A stretch of DNA of 46,808 nt from an uncultured Methyloceanibacter sp. Lineage in GTDB: Bacteria > Pseudomonadota > Alphaproteobacteria > Rhizobiales > Methyloligellaceae. This document shows, piece by piece, positions 9,815-19,481 of this stretch (positions within the stretch are counted from its first letter, which is position 1; every line of letters begins with the position of its first letter). The stretch is taken from assembly GCA_964458245.1 (NCBI GenBank), contig CAYWIA010000001.1:33540-80347 (forward strand), in the 5' to 3' direction. A program made the translations under genes and the position numbers. The notes under the pieces are model-generated. The model made no database searches. It worked only from the letters and a program-made list of their open reading frames with translations, and was not told where the DNA came from.

Positions 9815-10446
9815 GATGTTCTCTCGCTGAGAAGGGCCTCGGCCGCGGCGAGGTCCTCGGGCGCATTGATGTTGAAGAAGGGATCGATGCTTTGTCCGCC
9901 GACATCGACCGTCGAAAAGAACACCGGCACCGCCCCATGATCCTTCGTCCAGGCCGTGACCTTCCGTTCGCCGCGCGCGAGCGAGGTCTCGAGAGGCTCA
10001 CTGAGCCCGATAGGCCAAAGCCCGATCACCGGATGCACGCCCATGTCGGATTGCGCCACGCGGAAGGCGGAAGCGTCTCCCGCCGCGTCGAGAAACCGGT
10101 GCACGAGATCGGCGGGAAAGAACGGCGTATCCGTCGCGACCGTCACAATGTGCTCGACGCCAGGCCGGTTGGCCTTGACCCATTCGAGTGCGGCGTGGAC
10201 GCCGGCGAGCGGCCCCTGATATCCGGCGACGCTGTCGGAGACGACCGGAAGCCCGAAGGCATCGAAACGCGCAGGGTCGCCATTTGCATTGATGACGATC
10301 TCGGAGACCTGCGGCTGAAGCCGTTCGATGATCCGGGTGAGGATCGGTTTGCCGCCAAGCTCCCGCAGGCACTTGTCGCCGCCGCCCATGCGGCTCGATT
10401 TGCCGCCCGCGAGGAGAACACCGACGACGCTATCGGGCAGAGCCAT
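9811..10446 (-). CDS. mobA: Molybdenum cofactor guanylyltransferase
   Basis: LAGGKSSRMGGGDK, GPLAG, DTPF, FFNIN. Confidence 0.95.
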   Translation of the reverse strand: MALPDSVVGVLLAGGKSSRMGGGDKCLRELGGKPILTRIIERLQPQVSEIVINANGDPARFDAFGLPVVSDSVAGYQGPLAGVHAALEWVKANRPGVEHIVTVATDTPFFPADLVHRFLDAAGDASAFRVAQSDMGVHPVIGLWPIGLSEPLETSLARGERKVTAWTKDHGAVPVFFSTVDVGGQSIDPFFNINAPEDLAAAEALLSERTS

Positions 10447-10460
10447 GCCGAATTTTACGG

Positions 10461-13274
10461 CTACAGGCCCGACGCTGTCACTTCGAGACTGGGCTTGGGC
10501 ACGCGCTGAGGCGGACCGTCCGCGCGGCCGATCTTGACCGCACAGTACTTGAACTCGGGGATCTTGCCGTAGGGGTCGAGCTGCGGATTGGTCAGGATAT
10601 TGGCCGCGGCCTCGACATAGGCGAACGGAATGAACACGGTGCCTTCCTGCACGGCCATATCGGCTCGCGCCGTCAGCTCGATCGAGCCGCGGCGGGTCGT
10701 GACGCGCATGAGTTCGCCGGGGACGAGATCGTATCGCGCGAGCGTGTTGGGGTGCAGGCTTGCGGTGGGACCGGGCTCGAGCGAGTCGAGAACATCGGCG
10801 CGCCGCGTCATGGCGCCGGTATGCCAGTGCTCCAGCTGCCGCCCCGTCATCAGCACGAACGGATATTCGTCATCCGGGACCTCGGCTGGCGGCAACAGAT
10901 CGGCCGGCACCAGAAGCGCGCGCCCGGTCTTGGTCGGGAAGCCGTCGCCGAAGACCACCGCATCGCCGGGATGATCGGGCTCGGGGCAGGGATAGATGAC
11001 AGACGATTCGTTCTCCAGACGCTCCCAGGTGATGTTGTCGAGCGACGGCATGGCCCGCTTCATCTCCGCGAAGACCTCCGAAGGATGGGTGTAGTTCCAG
11101 GGCAACCCCAGCCGCTTGGCCAGCTCGATGATGATCCAAAGATCTTCGCGCGTATCTCCGGGCAGGTTGAGCGCCTTGCGGCCCATCTGCACCTGACGAT
11201 TGGTGTTGGTGACGGTTCCGGTCTTCTCGGGCCAGGCAGAGGCGGGTAAGACGACGTCGGCCATCATCGCCGTTTCGGTCAGGAAGATGTCCTGCACCAC
11301 AAGATGCTCGAGCTTGGCAATGCCTGCGCGCGCGTGATCGAGGTCCGGATCCGACATGGCAGGGTTCTCGCCCTGAATGTACATGGCTTTGATCTTGCCC
11401 GCGTTCGCCGCATTGATGACTTCGACCACCGTAAGGCCCGCCTTCTTCGAAAGCGGCGTCTGCCAAAGCTCCTCGAACCTCTTGTAGACGGGCTCGGCTT
11501 CGACGTCGGCATAATCCGGATAGAACATGGGGATGAGGCCGGCGTCCGATGCCCCTTGCACGTTGTTTTGCCCGCGCAAGGGATGCAGACCTGTGCCGGG
11601 ACGGCCGACCTGACCACACATCAGAGCGAGAGAAATCAGGCAACGTGAATTGTCGGTACCGTGTACGTGCTGGGAGATGCCCATGCCCCAGAAAATCATA
11701 GCGCGTCCGGCAGTGCCGAAGAGCCGAGCAACCTCCCGAATTGTCTTGGCGTCGATCCCGCAAATCGGAGCGACCGATTCCGGGCTGTAGGCAGCAAGTT
11801 TCTCCTTCAAGCGATCGAAATTGTCGGTGCGCGCTTGCAGGTATTGAACGTCATAGAGACCCTCTTCCACGATCGTGTGCATGATGCCGTTCAAGAGCGC
11901 CACGTCGCTTCCCGACTTGAAGCGCAGCATGTGGGTCGCGTAGTTGCGGAGCGCCTGGCCGCGCGGATCGATCACGATCAGCTTGGCGCCGCGCCGCGCC
12001 GCTTGCTTGAAAAAGGTCGCGGCGACCGGATGATTCTCGGTGGGGTTCGCGCCGATGATGACGATGACGTCGGCATGCTCGACCTCGTTGAACGTGGCCG
12101 TCACCGCGCCGGATCCGATCCCTTCGATCAGCGCCGCGACCGACGAGGCGTGGCACAGCCGTGTGCAGTGGTCGATGTTGTTGCTCTGAAAGCGCGTGCG
12201 GATCAGCTTCTGGAACAGATAGGCTTCCTCGTTCGAGCACTTGGCCGAGCCGAACCCGGCGATGGCTTGGCCGCCATGCTCATCGGCGATGCGCGCCAAG
12301 CCCGACGCCGCGGCGTCGAGCGCTTCTTCCCAGCTTGCCTCGCGAAAATGGGTGTAAGGATCGGACGGATCGACGTTCACGCCCTTGGGCATGCCCGGCT
12401 TGCGGATCAGCGGCTTCATCAGCCTCTGGGGATTGCTGACATAGTCGAAACCGAAACGGCCCTTCACGCACAGCCGGTTCTCGTTGGAGTAGCCGTTGCG
12501 GCCCTGAACGAACGCGATCTTTTCGTCCTTGATCTGATAGCTGATCTGGCAGCCAACGCCGCAATACGGGCAGACAGAGTGGACTTCGCGGTCGACCTCG
12601 CGGGAGCCGTGCTGCGTGATCGGATCGACGATCGATTTGGGCATGAGCGCCCCGGTGGGGCACGCCTGAACGCATTCGCCGCACGCCACACAGGTAGAGT
12701 CGCCCATCGGGTCGTCGAAATCGAACACGGGCTTGGCGTCGAAGCCGCGGAAAGCCATGCCGATCACATCGTTCACCTGGACGTCGCGGCAGGCGCGCAC
12801 GCACAAGCCGCACTCGATGCAGGCATCGAGGTTGACCGCCATGGCCGGGTGGGACAAGTCCGGCTTGATGATGTCGCTGGCCGGAAAACGCGAAGTCTCG
12901 ATGTGTTGTGCCTCGGCCCAATGCCAGAACGGCGAGACGCGGTCTGGTGAATCCTCGTGTGGCGGTTGATCCGCAAGAAGCAACTCCATCACCATGCGGC
13001 GGGCCTTCACCGCGCGACCGGTCGCCGTCTTGACGACCATGTCGGGGGCGGGTTTCCGGATACACGACGCCGCCAAGGTGCGCTCGCCGTCGATTTCGAC
13101 CATGCAGGCACGGCAGTTTCCGTCGGCGGCGTATCCCGGCTGAGGGAGCCAGCACAGGTGCGGAATATCAATGTTGTGGCGTTTGGCCACCTGCCAGATG
13201 GTTTCACCGGGCCTAGCCGAGACCTGTTTGCCGTCGAGGGTGAATTGCAGCTCGTCTGTCATGGCGTCATCCAT
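10461..13274 (-). CDS. fdhA: NAD-dependent formate dehydrogenase alpha subunit (bis-MGD enzyme, Fdh1A-like, probably tungsten)
   Basis: N-terminal 2Fe-2S and 2x4Fe-4S motifs, CPYCGVGC, DHCTRLCH (Cys ligand), RGQNNVQG. ATG overlaps the fdhB TGA. Confidence 0.93.
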   Translation of the reverse strand: MDDAMTDELQFTLDGKQVSARPGETIWQVAKRHNIDIPHLCWLPQPGYAADGNCRACMVEIDGERTLAASCIRKPAPDMVVKTATGRAVKARRMVMELLLADQPPHEDSPDRVSPFWHWAEAQHIETSRFPASDIIKPDLSHPAMAVNLDACIECGLCVRACRDVQVNDVIGMAFRGFDAKPVFDFDDPMGDSTCVACGECVQACPTGALMPKSIVDPITQHGSREVDREVHSVCPYCGVGCQISYQIKDEKIAFVQGRNGYSNENRLCVKGRFGFDYVSNPQRLMKPLIRKPGMPKGVNVDPSDPYTHFREASWEEALDAAASGLARIADEHGGQAIAGFGSAKCSNEEAYLFQKLIRTRFQSNNIDHCTRLCHASSVAALIEGIGSGAVTATFNEVEHADVIVIIGANPTENHPVAATFFKQAARRGAKLIVIDPRGQALRNYATHMLRFKSGSDVALLNGIMHTIVEEGLYDVQYLQARTDNFDRLKEKLAAYSPESVAPICGIDAKTIREVARLFGTAGRAMIFWGMGISQHVHGTDNSRCLISLALMCGQVGRPGTGLHPLRGQNNVQGASDAGLIPMFYPDYADVEAEPVYKRFEELWQTPLSKKAGLTVVEVINAANAGKIKAMYIQGENPAMSDPDLDHARAGIAKLEHLVVQDIFLTETAMMADVVLPASAWPEKTGTVTNTNRQVQMGRKALNLPGDTREDLWIIIELAKRLGLPWNYTHPSEVFAEMKRAMPSLDNITWERLENESSVIYPCPEPDHPGDAVVFGDGFPTKTGRALLVPADLLPPAEVPDDEYPFVLMTGRQLEHWHTGAMTRRADVLDSLEPGPTASLHPNTLARYDLVPGELMRVTTRRGSIELTARADMAVQEGTVFIPFAYVEAAANILTNPQLDPYGKIPEFKYCAVKIGRADGPPQRVPKPSLEVTASGL

Positions 13275-15019
13275 CAATATCTTGCCGGCCGTCCAGCGGC
13301 CTCCTGCGGCACGGGCTCGTCGGAGAAGAACTCCATCGCGGTGACAAAGGCATTCGGGGCGGCTTGACCCAGTCCGCAGATCGAGGCATCGCGCATCGCC
13401 TGTGCGAGCTCACCTAAGAGTTCGCCGTCCCACTCGTCCTTCTCGAGCAGGGCCACGGCCTTGTCGCACCCCACGCGGCAGGGCGTGCACTGGCCGCAGG
13501 ACTCGTTCTTGAAGAACTGGAGCAGGTTGATCGCGACGTCCGCCACGCGATCTTCTTGCGAAAAGATGACGATGGCGTGGCTGCCGACGAACGATCCGTA
13601 CTTGTCGAGCGTGCCGAAATCGAGGGGCACGTCGCCGAGGCGCGCCGGAAGAATGCCGCCGGAGGCGCCGCCTGGAAGGTAAGCCTTGAACTCCTGTCCG
13701 TCCTCCATGCCGCCCGCGCGCTCGATCAATTCATTCACGGTGATGCCGGCGGGCGCGACGATGACGCCCGGCTTCTTCACGCGGCCTGATACGGACCAGG
13801 ACCGGAAGCCCTTGCCGCCGTTCATGCCGTGATCGGCGAACCACTTGGCGCCTTTCTCCAGAATTTCCGGTATCCAATAGAGCGTCTCGACGTTGTGGTT
13901 GAGCGTCGGACGTCCGAACAGCCCCACTTCGGCGATATAGGGCGGGCGATTGCGCGGATAGCCGCGCTTGCCTTCGATGGATTCGATCATCGCCGACTCT
14001 TCACCGCAAATATATGCGCCCGCGCCGCGGCGCAGCTCGATATCACCCTTCTTGATGATGCCGGCCTTTTCGAGCGCGGCGATCTCGCGCGCCAGAATAT
14101 GGAGCACGGCGGGATATTCGTCGCGCATGTAGAGATAAATGCGCTCGGCCTCGACGGCCCAGGCGCCGATCAAGGCGCCTTCGAACATTTGATGCGGATT
14201 GCGCTCGAGGTAATACCGGTCTTTGAACGTGCCGGGCTCACCTTCGTCGCCGTTGATCGTCATCAACCGGGGGCCGGGAAAAGAGCGGACGATCTGCCAC
14301 TTCTTACCGGCCGGGAAGCCGGCGCCGCCAAGGCCGCGCAAGCCGGCGTCTGACATCTCGCTGATCACGTCTTCGACGCTGCGTTTTCGGGCGCGGCACT
14401 CTTGGAGCATGGTGTAGCCGCCCTTTTCGCGATAGGCGGCCAGATCGGTATAGTCCGGGATACGGGCGTCGTGCTTGCCGCGCCCGAGATCGGCCTGGAC
14501 GCGATCCGGCGTGGCGTGGTCGACGAAGTGGTGTCCGATCTCGCACACCGGCGCGGTGTCGCAGCGCCCCATGCACGGCGCCTTCACCACGCGAACCTTC
14601 GACGGCTCGACCCCGGACTTCAGCGCGTCGTAAAGCGCATCGGCGCCCTTGATCGCGCAGGTGATAGAATCGCAAACGCGGATCGTCGTCGGCGGTGGCG
14701 GTGTCTCGCCTTCCTTCACCACGTCGAAATGTGCGTAGAAGGTCGCGACCTCGTAGGCTGCCGCCTGCGGCAACTTCATCTCGTCACACAGGGCGCGCAG
14801 GTGCCGGCTGGAGATGTAATGGTAGCGATCTTGAATCAGATGAAGGTATTCGATGAGGAGATCGTGACGGCGGGGACGATCGCCCAACAGCTCACGGACT
14901 TGCTCCAACGCGGCGAGGTCGAGTTGTCGTCCCTTAGGGAAACCTCGTGCACGCTTACGAGAGCCGACATTTCTTGCGGGCCGTTCAGGCCCACCGTTCA
15001 ACGGTGCTTCCTGCTCCAC
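13274..15019 (-). CDS. fdhB: Formate dehydrogenase beta subunit (NuoE+NuoF-like FMN/NADH module)
   Basis: CDSITC...CMGRC 2Fe-2S, GLGGAGFP, DEGEPGTFKDR, GAGAYICGEE, ESCGQCTPCR. Confidence 0.92.
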   Translation of the reverse strand: MEQEAPLNGGPERPARNVGSRKRARGFPKGRQLDLAALEQVRELLGDRPRRHDLLIEYLHLIQDRYHYISSRHLRALCDEMKLPQAAAYEVATFYAHFDVVKEGETPPPPTTIRVCDSITCAIKGADALYDALKSGVEPSKVRVVKAPCMGRCDTAPVCEIGHHFVDHATPDRVQADLGRGKHDARIPDYTDLAAYREKGGYTMLQECRARKRSVEDVISEMSDAGLRGLGGAGFPAGKKWQIVRSFPGPRLMTINGDEGEPGTFKDRYYLERNPHQMFEGALIGAWAVEAERIYLYMRDEYPAVLHILAREIAALEKAGIIKKGDIELRRGAGAYICGEESAMIESIEGKRGYPRNRPPYIAEVGLFGRPTLNHNVETLYWIPEILEKGAKWFADHGMNGGKGFRSWSVSGRVKKPGVIVAPAGITVNELIERAGGMEDGQEFKAYLPGGASGGILPARLGDVPLDFGTLDKYGSFVGSHAIVIFSQEDRVADVAINLLQFFKNESCGQCTPCRVGCDKAVALLEKDEWDGELLGELAQAMRDASICGLGQAAPNAFVTAMEFFSDEPVPQEAAGRPARY

Positions 15020-15233
15020 ACTCTACCAATCTTCCTCTCAGACGAACTGAGGCCCAGCGGAAAATTTGAAGACTTATAATTACCTGATACCAGCCACTGA
15101 TGTAGGAGAGCAAGGCAAGCGGGGCAACCTGCTTCGGTTGGCACCGAGGAGGTATACTTTCGTTGATAGAACGATCGGAAAAGCTGAATGACCGATCGGA
15201 AATCCTGATCAATAACCACCGGCCGGTTTTGCA

Positions 15234-15941
15234 ATGACCGACTTTATTGACGCCTTCCGCACAGCCCTCGGCCTCATCGTCACGCTCGACCCGGATCTGG
15301 TCGAAATCCTCGTCCTCTCCATCAAGGTCAGCTTGTCGGCGGTAGTGATTGCTAGCCTGCTCGGATTTGCCATTGGCGGAGCCTTGGCGGTCTACCGTTT
15401 CCCGGGGCGCGGCGCCGTATCAGCCGTGCTCAGCGCTCTGATGGGGCTTCCGCCGGTTGTCGCCGGGCTTGTTGTCTATCTGCTGTTGTCCAATGTAGGG
15501 CCGCTCGGTGTGCTTCAGCTCCTCTACACGCCGACAGCCATGATCATCGCCCAGGTCGTTCTGGTCACGCCAATCATCGGCGCCCTGACGCGGCAGGCCT
15601 GCCAGGACCTGCTTGAGGAATACGACGAGCAGCTGCGCTCGCTGGGCGCTTCATCCAGTGCTATTGTCGCCACACTGCTTTGGGACGGTCGTTATCGCCT
15701 GATCACCGCAGTGCTCGCCGGCTTCGGCCGTGCGATTGCCGAGGTTGGCGCCGTCATGATCGTTGGCGGCAATATCGATCACGTGACGCGGACGATGACG
15801 ACCGCCATCGCCTTGGAGACCTCGAAAGGAAACATTGCGCTCGCGCTGGCGTTGGGGATCGTGCTTCTGACTATTGCCCTGGCCGTCAACGCCTCTCTGA
15901 TTTGGGTCCAGCGTCTTGCCAATCGTCTCGCCTATGCTTGA
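15234..15941 (+). CDS. tupB: Tungstate ABC transporter permease
   Basis: LMGLPPVVAG, GFGRAIAEVGA, TRTMTTAIALE. Confidence 0.88.
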   Translation: MTDFIDAFRTALGLIVTLDPDLVEILVLSIKVSLSAVVIASLLGFAIGGALAVYRFPGRGAVSAVLSALMGLPPVVAGLVVYLLLSNVGPLGVLQLLYTPTAMIIAQVVLVTPIIGALTRQACQDLLEEYDEQLRSLGASSSAIVATLLWDGRYRLITAVLAGFGRAIAEVGAVMIVGGNIDHVTRTMTTAIALETSKGNIALALALGIVLLTIALAVNASLIWVQRLANRLAYA

Positions 15942-16698
15942 TCCGACCTCCCCACTTCGAGGCGTAAGCGATCGTCTCGCCAGCCCACCTTTGCCGGTCG
16001 AAATCAAAGGGCTCGTTTATGAGACGGGCGGCAAGCGGGTCATCGACGACGTTGATGCAACCATCGAGTCGCGCCGCATCACGGCGATCATGGGGCCGAA
16101 CGGCGCCGGAAAAAGCATTCTCCTCAGACTGATGCACGGGCTGATCGCGCCCACGCAGGGCGAGATCCTCTGGGCCGGGCGCCCCGCGGACAGGCCGATG
16201 GCCTACCGGCAAGCCATGGTCTTTCAACGTCCGGTGCTGTTGCGCCGTTCGGTGGCGGCGAACGTTTCCCATGCGCTCGGCTTGCGGGGCGTCGGGCGCG
16301 ATAAGCGCGCGATTTGCGTCGACGAGGCGCTTAAGCTCGCAGGTCTGGAACGCCAGGCGTCGATGCCGGCTCGAGTCTTGTCGGGCGGGGAACAGCAACG
16401 CCTCTGCCTTGCCCGGGCCCTGAGCTTGGACCCCGACGTATTATTTCTGGACGAGCCCACTTCGAGTCTCGATCCCGCGTCGACGCTGGCTATCGAGCGG
16501 CTGCTGCTTGACGCTCAGCGTCGCGGCATCAAGGTCATTCTCGTGACGCACGACGTTGGTCAGGCGCGGCGGCTGGCACACGATGTCATGTTTCTGCACC
16601 ACGGCCGCGTTATCGAGCATCAAGACTCTCAGGATTTCTTCGATAATCCGCAAAGCGAAGGCGCGCGCGGGTTTTTGAGCGGCGGCTTGGTGCTTTGA
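15934..16698 (+). CDS. tupC: Tungstate ABC transporter ATPase
   Basis: GPNGAGKS, VFQRP, LSGGEQQ, LDEPT, VTHD. Start overlaps the tupB stop. Confidence 0.88.
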   Translation: MLDPTSPLRGVSDRLASPPLPVEIKGLVYETGGKRVIDDVDATIESRRITAIMGPNGAGKSILLRLMHGLIAPTQGEILWAGRPADRPMAYRQAMVFQRPVLLRRSVAANVSHALGLRGVGRDKRAICVDEALKLAGLERQASMPARVLSGGEQQRLCLARALSLDPDVLFLDEPTSSLDPASTLAIERLLLDAQRRGIKVILVTHDVGQARRLAHDVMFLHHGRVIEHQDSQDFFDNPQSEGARGFLSGGLVL

Positions 16699-16717
16699 GC
16701 AGTTCAGGAGGTGTCCG

Positions 16718-17557
16718 GTGAATATTCATAGACGACTGCTGCTAGGCCTTGGCGCCGCATTCCTGCTCGCCTCTCTTGCGTCGACGGGATTCGCGGCGGA
16801 AGACGACTTCATCATCGTGCAGTCCACCACATCCACCCAGAACTCGGGGCTGTTCGATCACATCCTGCCGAAGTTCACGGAGAAGACCGGGATTGACGTG
16901 CGTGTGGTCGCCGTGGGCACGGGCCAGGCCCTCAAGAACGGAAGAAACGGCGACGGCGACGTCGTGCTCGTCCATTCCAAGCCCGATGAGGAAAAGTTCG
17001 TCGCCGAAGGCTGGGGGGTGAAGAGACACGACGTGATGTACAACGACTTCGTCATCGTGGGGCCGGCGTCCGACCCGGCTGGGATCGCGGGATTGAAGGA
17101 CGCCGACCAGGCGCTGGCCAAGATCGCCGAGGCGGAGGCGCCGTTCGCCTCACGCGGCGACGACTCCGGAACGCATAAGGCGGAGCGCGATCTATGGGAG
17201 CAGGCCGGGGTCGATCCAACCAAAGGGAGCGGTGACTGGTACCTCGAAACCGGCTCAGGCATGGGCGCCACGTTGAACACCGCCGTCGGTAAGCATGCGT
17301 ACACGCTCGCCGACCGCGGCACGTGGCTGAGTTTTGCCAACAAAAACGGCTTTGAAGTCCTCGTCGAGGGCGATCCCAAGCTCTTCAATCAGTACGGCGT
17401 CATCCTCGTCGATCCGGCGAAGCACCCACGTGTAAAAGCTGAGAAGGGGCAAGCCTTCATCGACTGGTTGACCGGCGCGGAAGGGCAGAAGGCCATTGCG
17501 AGTTACAAGATCGACGGGCAGCAGCTCTTCTTCCCGAATGCGCGTCCGGGCACTTAG
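16718..17557 (+). CDS. tupA: Tungstate-binding periplasmic protein
   Basis: STTSTQNSGL (TTTS-type motif), GTGQAL, SRGDDSGTH, DRGTW, signal peptide, AGGAGG RBS. Confidence 0.92.
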   Translation: MNIHRRLLLGLGAAFLLASLASTGFAAEDDFIIVQSTTSTQNSGLFDHILPKFTEKTGIDVRVVAVGTGQALKNGRNGDGDVVLVHSKPDEEKFVAEGWGVKRHDVMYNDFVIVGPASDPAGIAGLKDADQALAKIAEAEAPFASRGDDSGTHKAERDLWEQAGVDPTKGSGDWYLETGSGMGATLNTAVGKHAYTLADRGTWLSFANKNGFEVLVEGDPKLFNQYGVILVDPAKHPRVKAEKGQAFIDWLTGAEGQKAIASYKIDGQQLFFPNARPGT

Positions 17558-19152
17558 CCGGATCGTTCGCGCGTCTCCAAAAATTCGATGGCGGGCCATT
17601 TGTCCTTGGTATGGCTCAATTCCCAAGCGTTCCGCGCGAGAAACACCGGCTCGCCGTCCCGGTCTCTCGCGATCGAGTGCCGCTCGCGCTCGATGAACAG
17701 CTTGAAAGCGGATTCATCGTTGCTTCTGACCCACCGGGCCGTCGCATAGGGCGCCGGCTCCAGACCCACGCGGATGCCGTACTCCGATTGCATGCGGTCG
17801 GAGAGCACATCCAGTTGCAGTTGGCCGACCGCCCCGATGATGGCCCCGTTGCCGGAGACCAGATCGAAAACCTGAGTCACGCCTTCTTCCGCGAAGTCGT
17901 TGAGCGCCCGCTTCAATTGCTTGCCGCGGATCGGATCGTCGAGCCGGATGCGGCGCAGCACCTCGGGGGCAAAATTCGGCAGACCCGTAAAGCGCACGTC
18001 GTCGCCTTCGCACAGCGCATCGCCCACGCGCAGCGTCCCATGATTGGGGATGCCGATAATATCGCCGGGATAAGCCTCTTCGGCGAGGTCGCGCTCCCGG
18101 GCGAAAAAGAAGATCGGATTGTTGACGGCGAGGGCGCGGCCGCTTCTCACGTGCTTGAGCCTCATGCCCCGGCGAAAGCGCCCGGAGCAGAGGCGGACGA
18201 ACGCCACGCGGTCTCTATGGTTCGCATCCATGTTCGCCTGCACCTTGAACACGAACCCGGTGACCCTGTTCTCTTCCGGCCGGATGGGACGCGGCTCTGC
18301 CGGTTGCGGCTGCGGTGCGGGCGCATACTCGGCGAGCACCTCCAAGAGCCGGGGCAGGGGGAAATCCTTGAGGGCGCTCCCGAACAGGACCGGGGTCATG
18401 TGGCCCTGCAGGAAAGATTCAGGATCGAACCCCGGATAGACGCTGAAAGCGAGTTCCGCCGAGTCGCGGAAGGCGCTGACCACGTCGGGCGGCACTATCC
18501 GGTCCAGCTCAGGGTCTTGAATGCCAGCCAGCATCAAGTCCCGGTCATACGCCCCGCCGCGTCCGGCCGACGAGGTGTAGAGCTTCGACTTGAGCAGGTC
18601 GAAGCTGCCATAGAAATTGACGCCGCTGCCGACCGGCCAGGTGATCGGCGAGACATCGAGCGCCAGCGTGCTCTCGATCTCGTCGAGCAGCTCCAGCGGA
18701 TCGCGGCCCTCCCGGTCCATCTTGTTGATGAAGGTGATGATGGGGATGTCCCGGAGTCGGCAGACCTCGAACAGCTTGCGCGTCTGGCTCTCGATGCCCT
18801 TGGCGGCGTCGATGACCATGATCGCCGAGTCCACCGCGCTCAATGTCCGATAGGTATCCTCGCTGAAATCATGGTGCCCGGGCGTGTCGAGCAGGTTGAA
18901 CGTCAGCCCGGCATGCTCGAAGGTCATGACGGAGCTCGAGACCGAGATGCCTCTGGCGCGCTCCATGTCCAGCCAGTCGGATTGCGTCCGGCGCTGTTCG
19001 CCGCGCGACCTGATATGACCCGCCAAACGGATCGCGCCGGCGAAGTAGAGAAGCTTCTCCGTCAGGGTGGTCTTGCCGGCGTCCGGATGCGAAATGATGG
19101 CGAAGGTCCGCCGATCGGCGCCTGCGTCTGAACTGATCGTGTTGGTTGTCAT
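17554..19152 (-). CDS. prfC: Peptide chain release factor 3
   Basis: RRTFAIISHPDAGKTT, DTPGH, NKMD, GAVGQLQ. Confidence 0.95.
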   Translation of the reverse strand: MTTNTISSDAGADRRTFAIISHPDAGKTTLTEKLLYFAGAIRLAGHIRSRGEQRRTQSDWLDMERARGISVSSSVMTFEHAGLTFNLLDTPGHHDFSEDTYRTLSAVDSAIMVIDAAKGIESQTRKLFEVCRLRDIPIITFINKMDREGRDPLELLDEIESTLALDVSPITWPVGSGVNFYGSFDLLKSKLYTSSAGRGGAYDRDLMLAGIQDPELDRIVPPDVVSAFRDSAELAFSVYPGFDPESFLQGHMTPVLFGSALKDFPLPRLLEVLAEYAPAPQPQPAEPRPIRPEENRVTGFVFKVQANMDANHRDRVAFVRLCSGRFRRGMRLKHVRSGRALAVNNPIFFFARERDLAEEAYPGDIIGIPNHGTLRVGDALCEGDDVRFTGLPNFAPEVLRRIRLDDPIRGKQLKRALNDFAEEGVTQVFDLVSGNGAIIGAVGQLQLDVLSDRMQSEYGIRVGLEPAPYATARWVRSNDESAFKLFIERERHSIARDRDGEPVFLARNAWELSHTKDKWPAIEFLETRERSG

Positions 19153-19481
19153 TATAGTGGTGCTGTTTAAGCGGAATTCGAACTTTGAAAAGGCTCGCCC
19201 GAACTGCTGCCGCATCAATGCGGCATCGACGGGATCGTTGAATGGGAGAGAAAGACCGTTCTCGACCGTCGACGCGGCGGAGCGCTCAGGGAAATACCGG
19301 ACGTCTCAAGGTGCGGTGAACTTAATGGCGGGCTGGGCCTTTGTGTAGTCCTTTCTCGAAAGGAAGGCGGCGTCAGGCCCGCTGCCGTCAGACCTCGATA
19401 GCTAAAACGTGATGCCCCCGCTCCGTAGCCACGCGGCCGGGGGCGGTGCTACGGTTGGGGTCTCCAATTCAAGAGGGCGCC

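Noticed and set aside
12140-12185. Possible selenocysteine in the FDH active site
   Set aside because: The motif is DHCTRLCH with a Cys codon and no in-frame TGA.
11661-12950. Long antisense ORF in fdhA (likewise 17611..19131, 21885..23243, 39837..41651, 44590..46140)
   Set aside because: Shadow ORFs expected from high-GC codon bias opposite well-supported genes.
15139-15232. Possible sigma54 promoters (TGGCAC; GG...TTGC)
   Set aside because: The required GG-N10-GC spacing is not met.
19160-19480. Moco/Wco riboswitch upstream of the Mo-enzyme operon
   Set aside because: Several hairpins are present, but I could not match the conserved Moco RNA elements.
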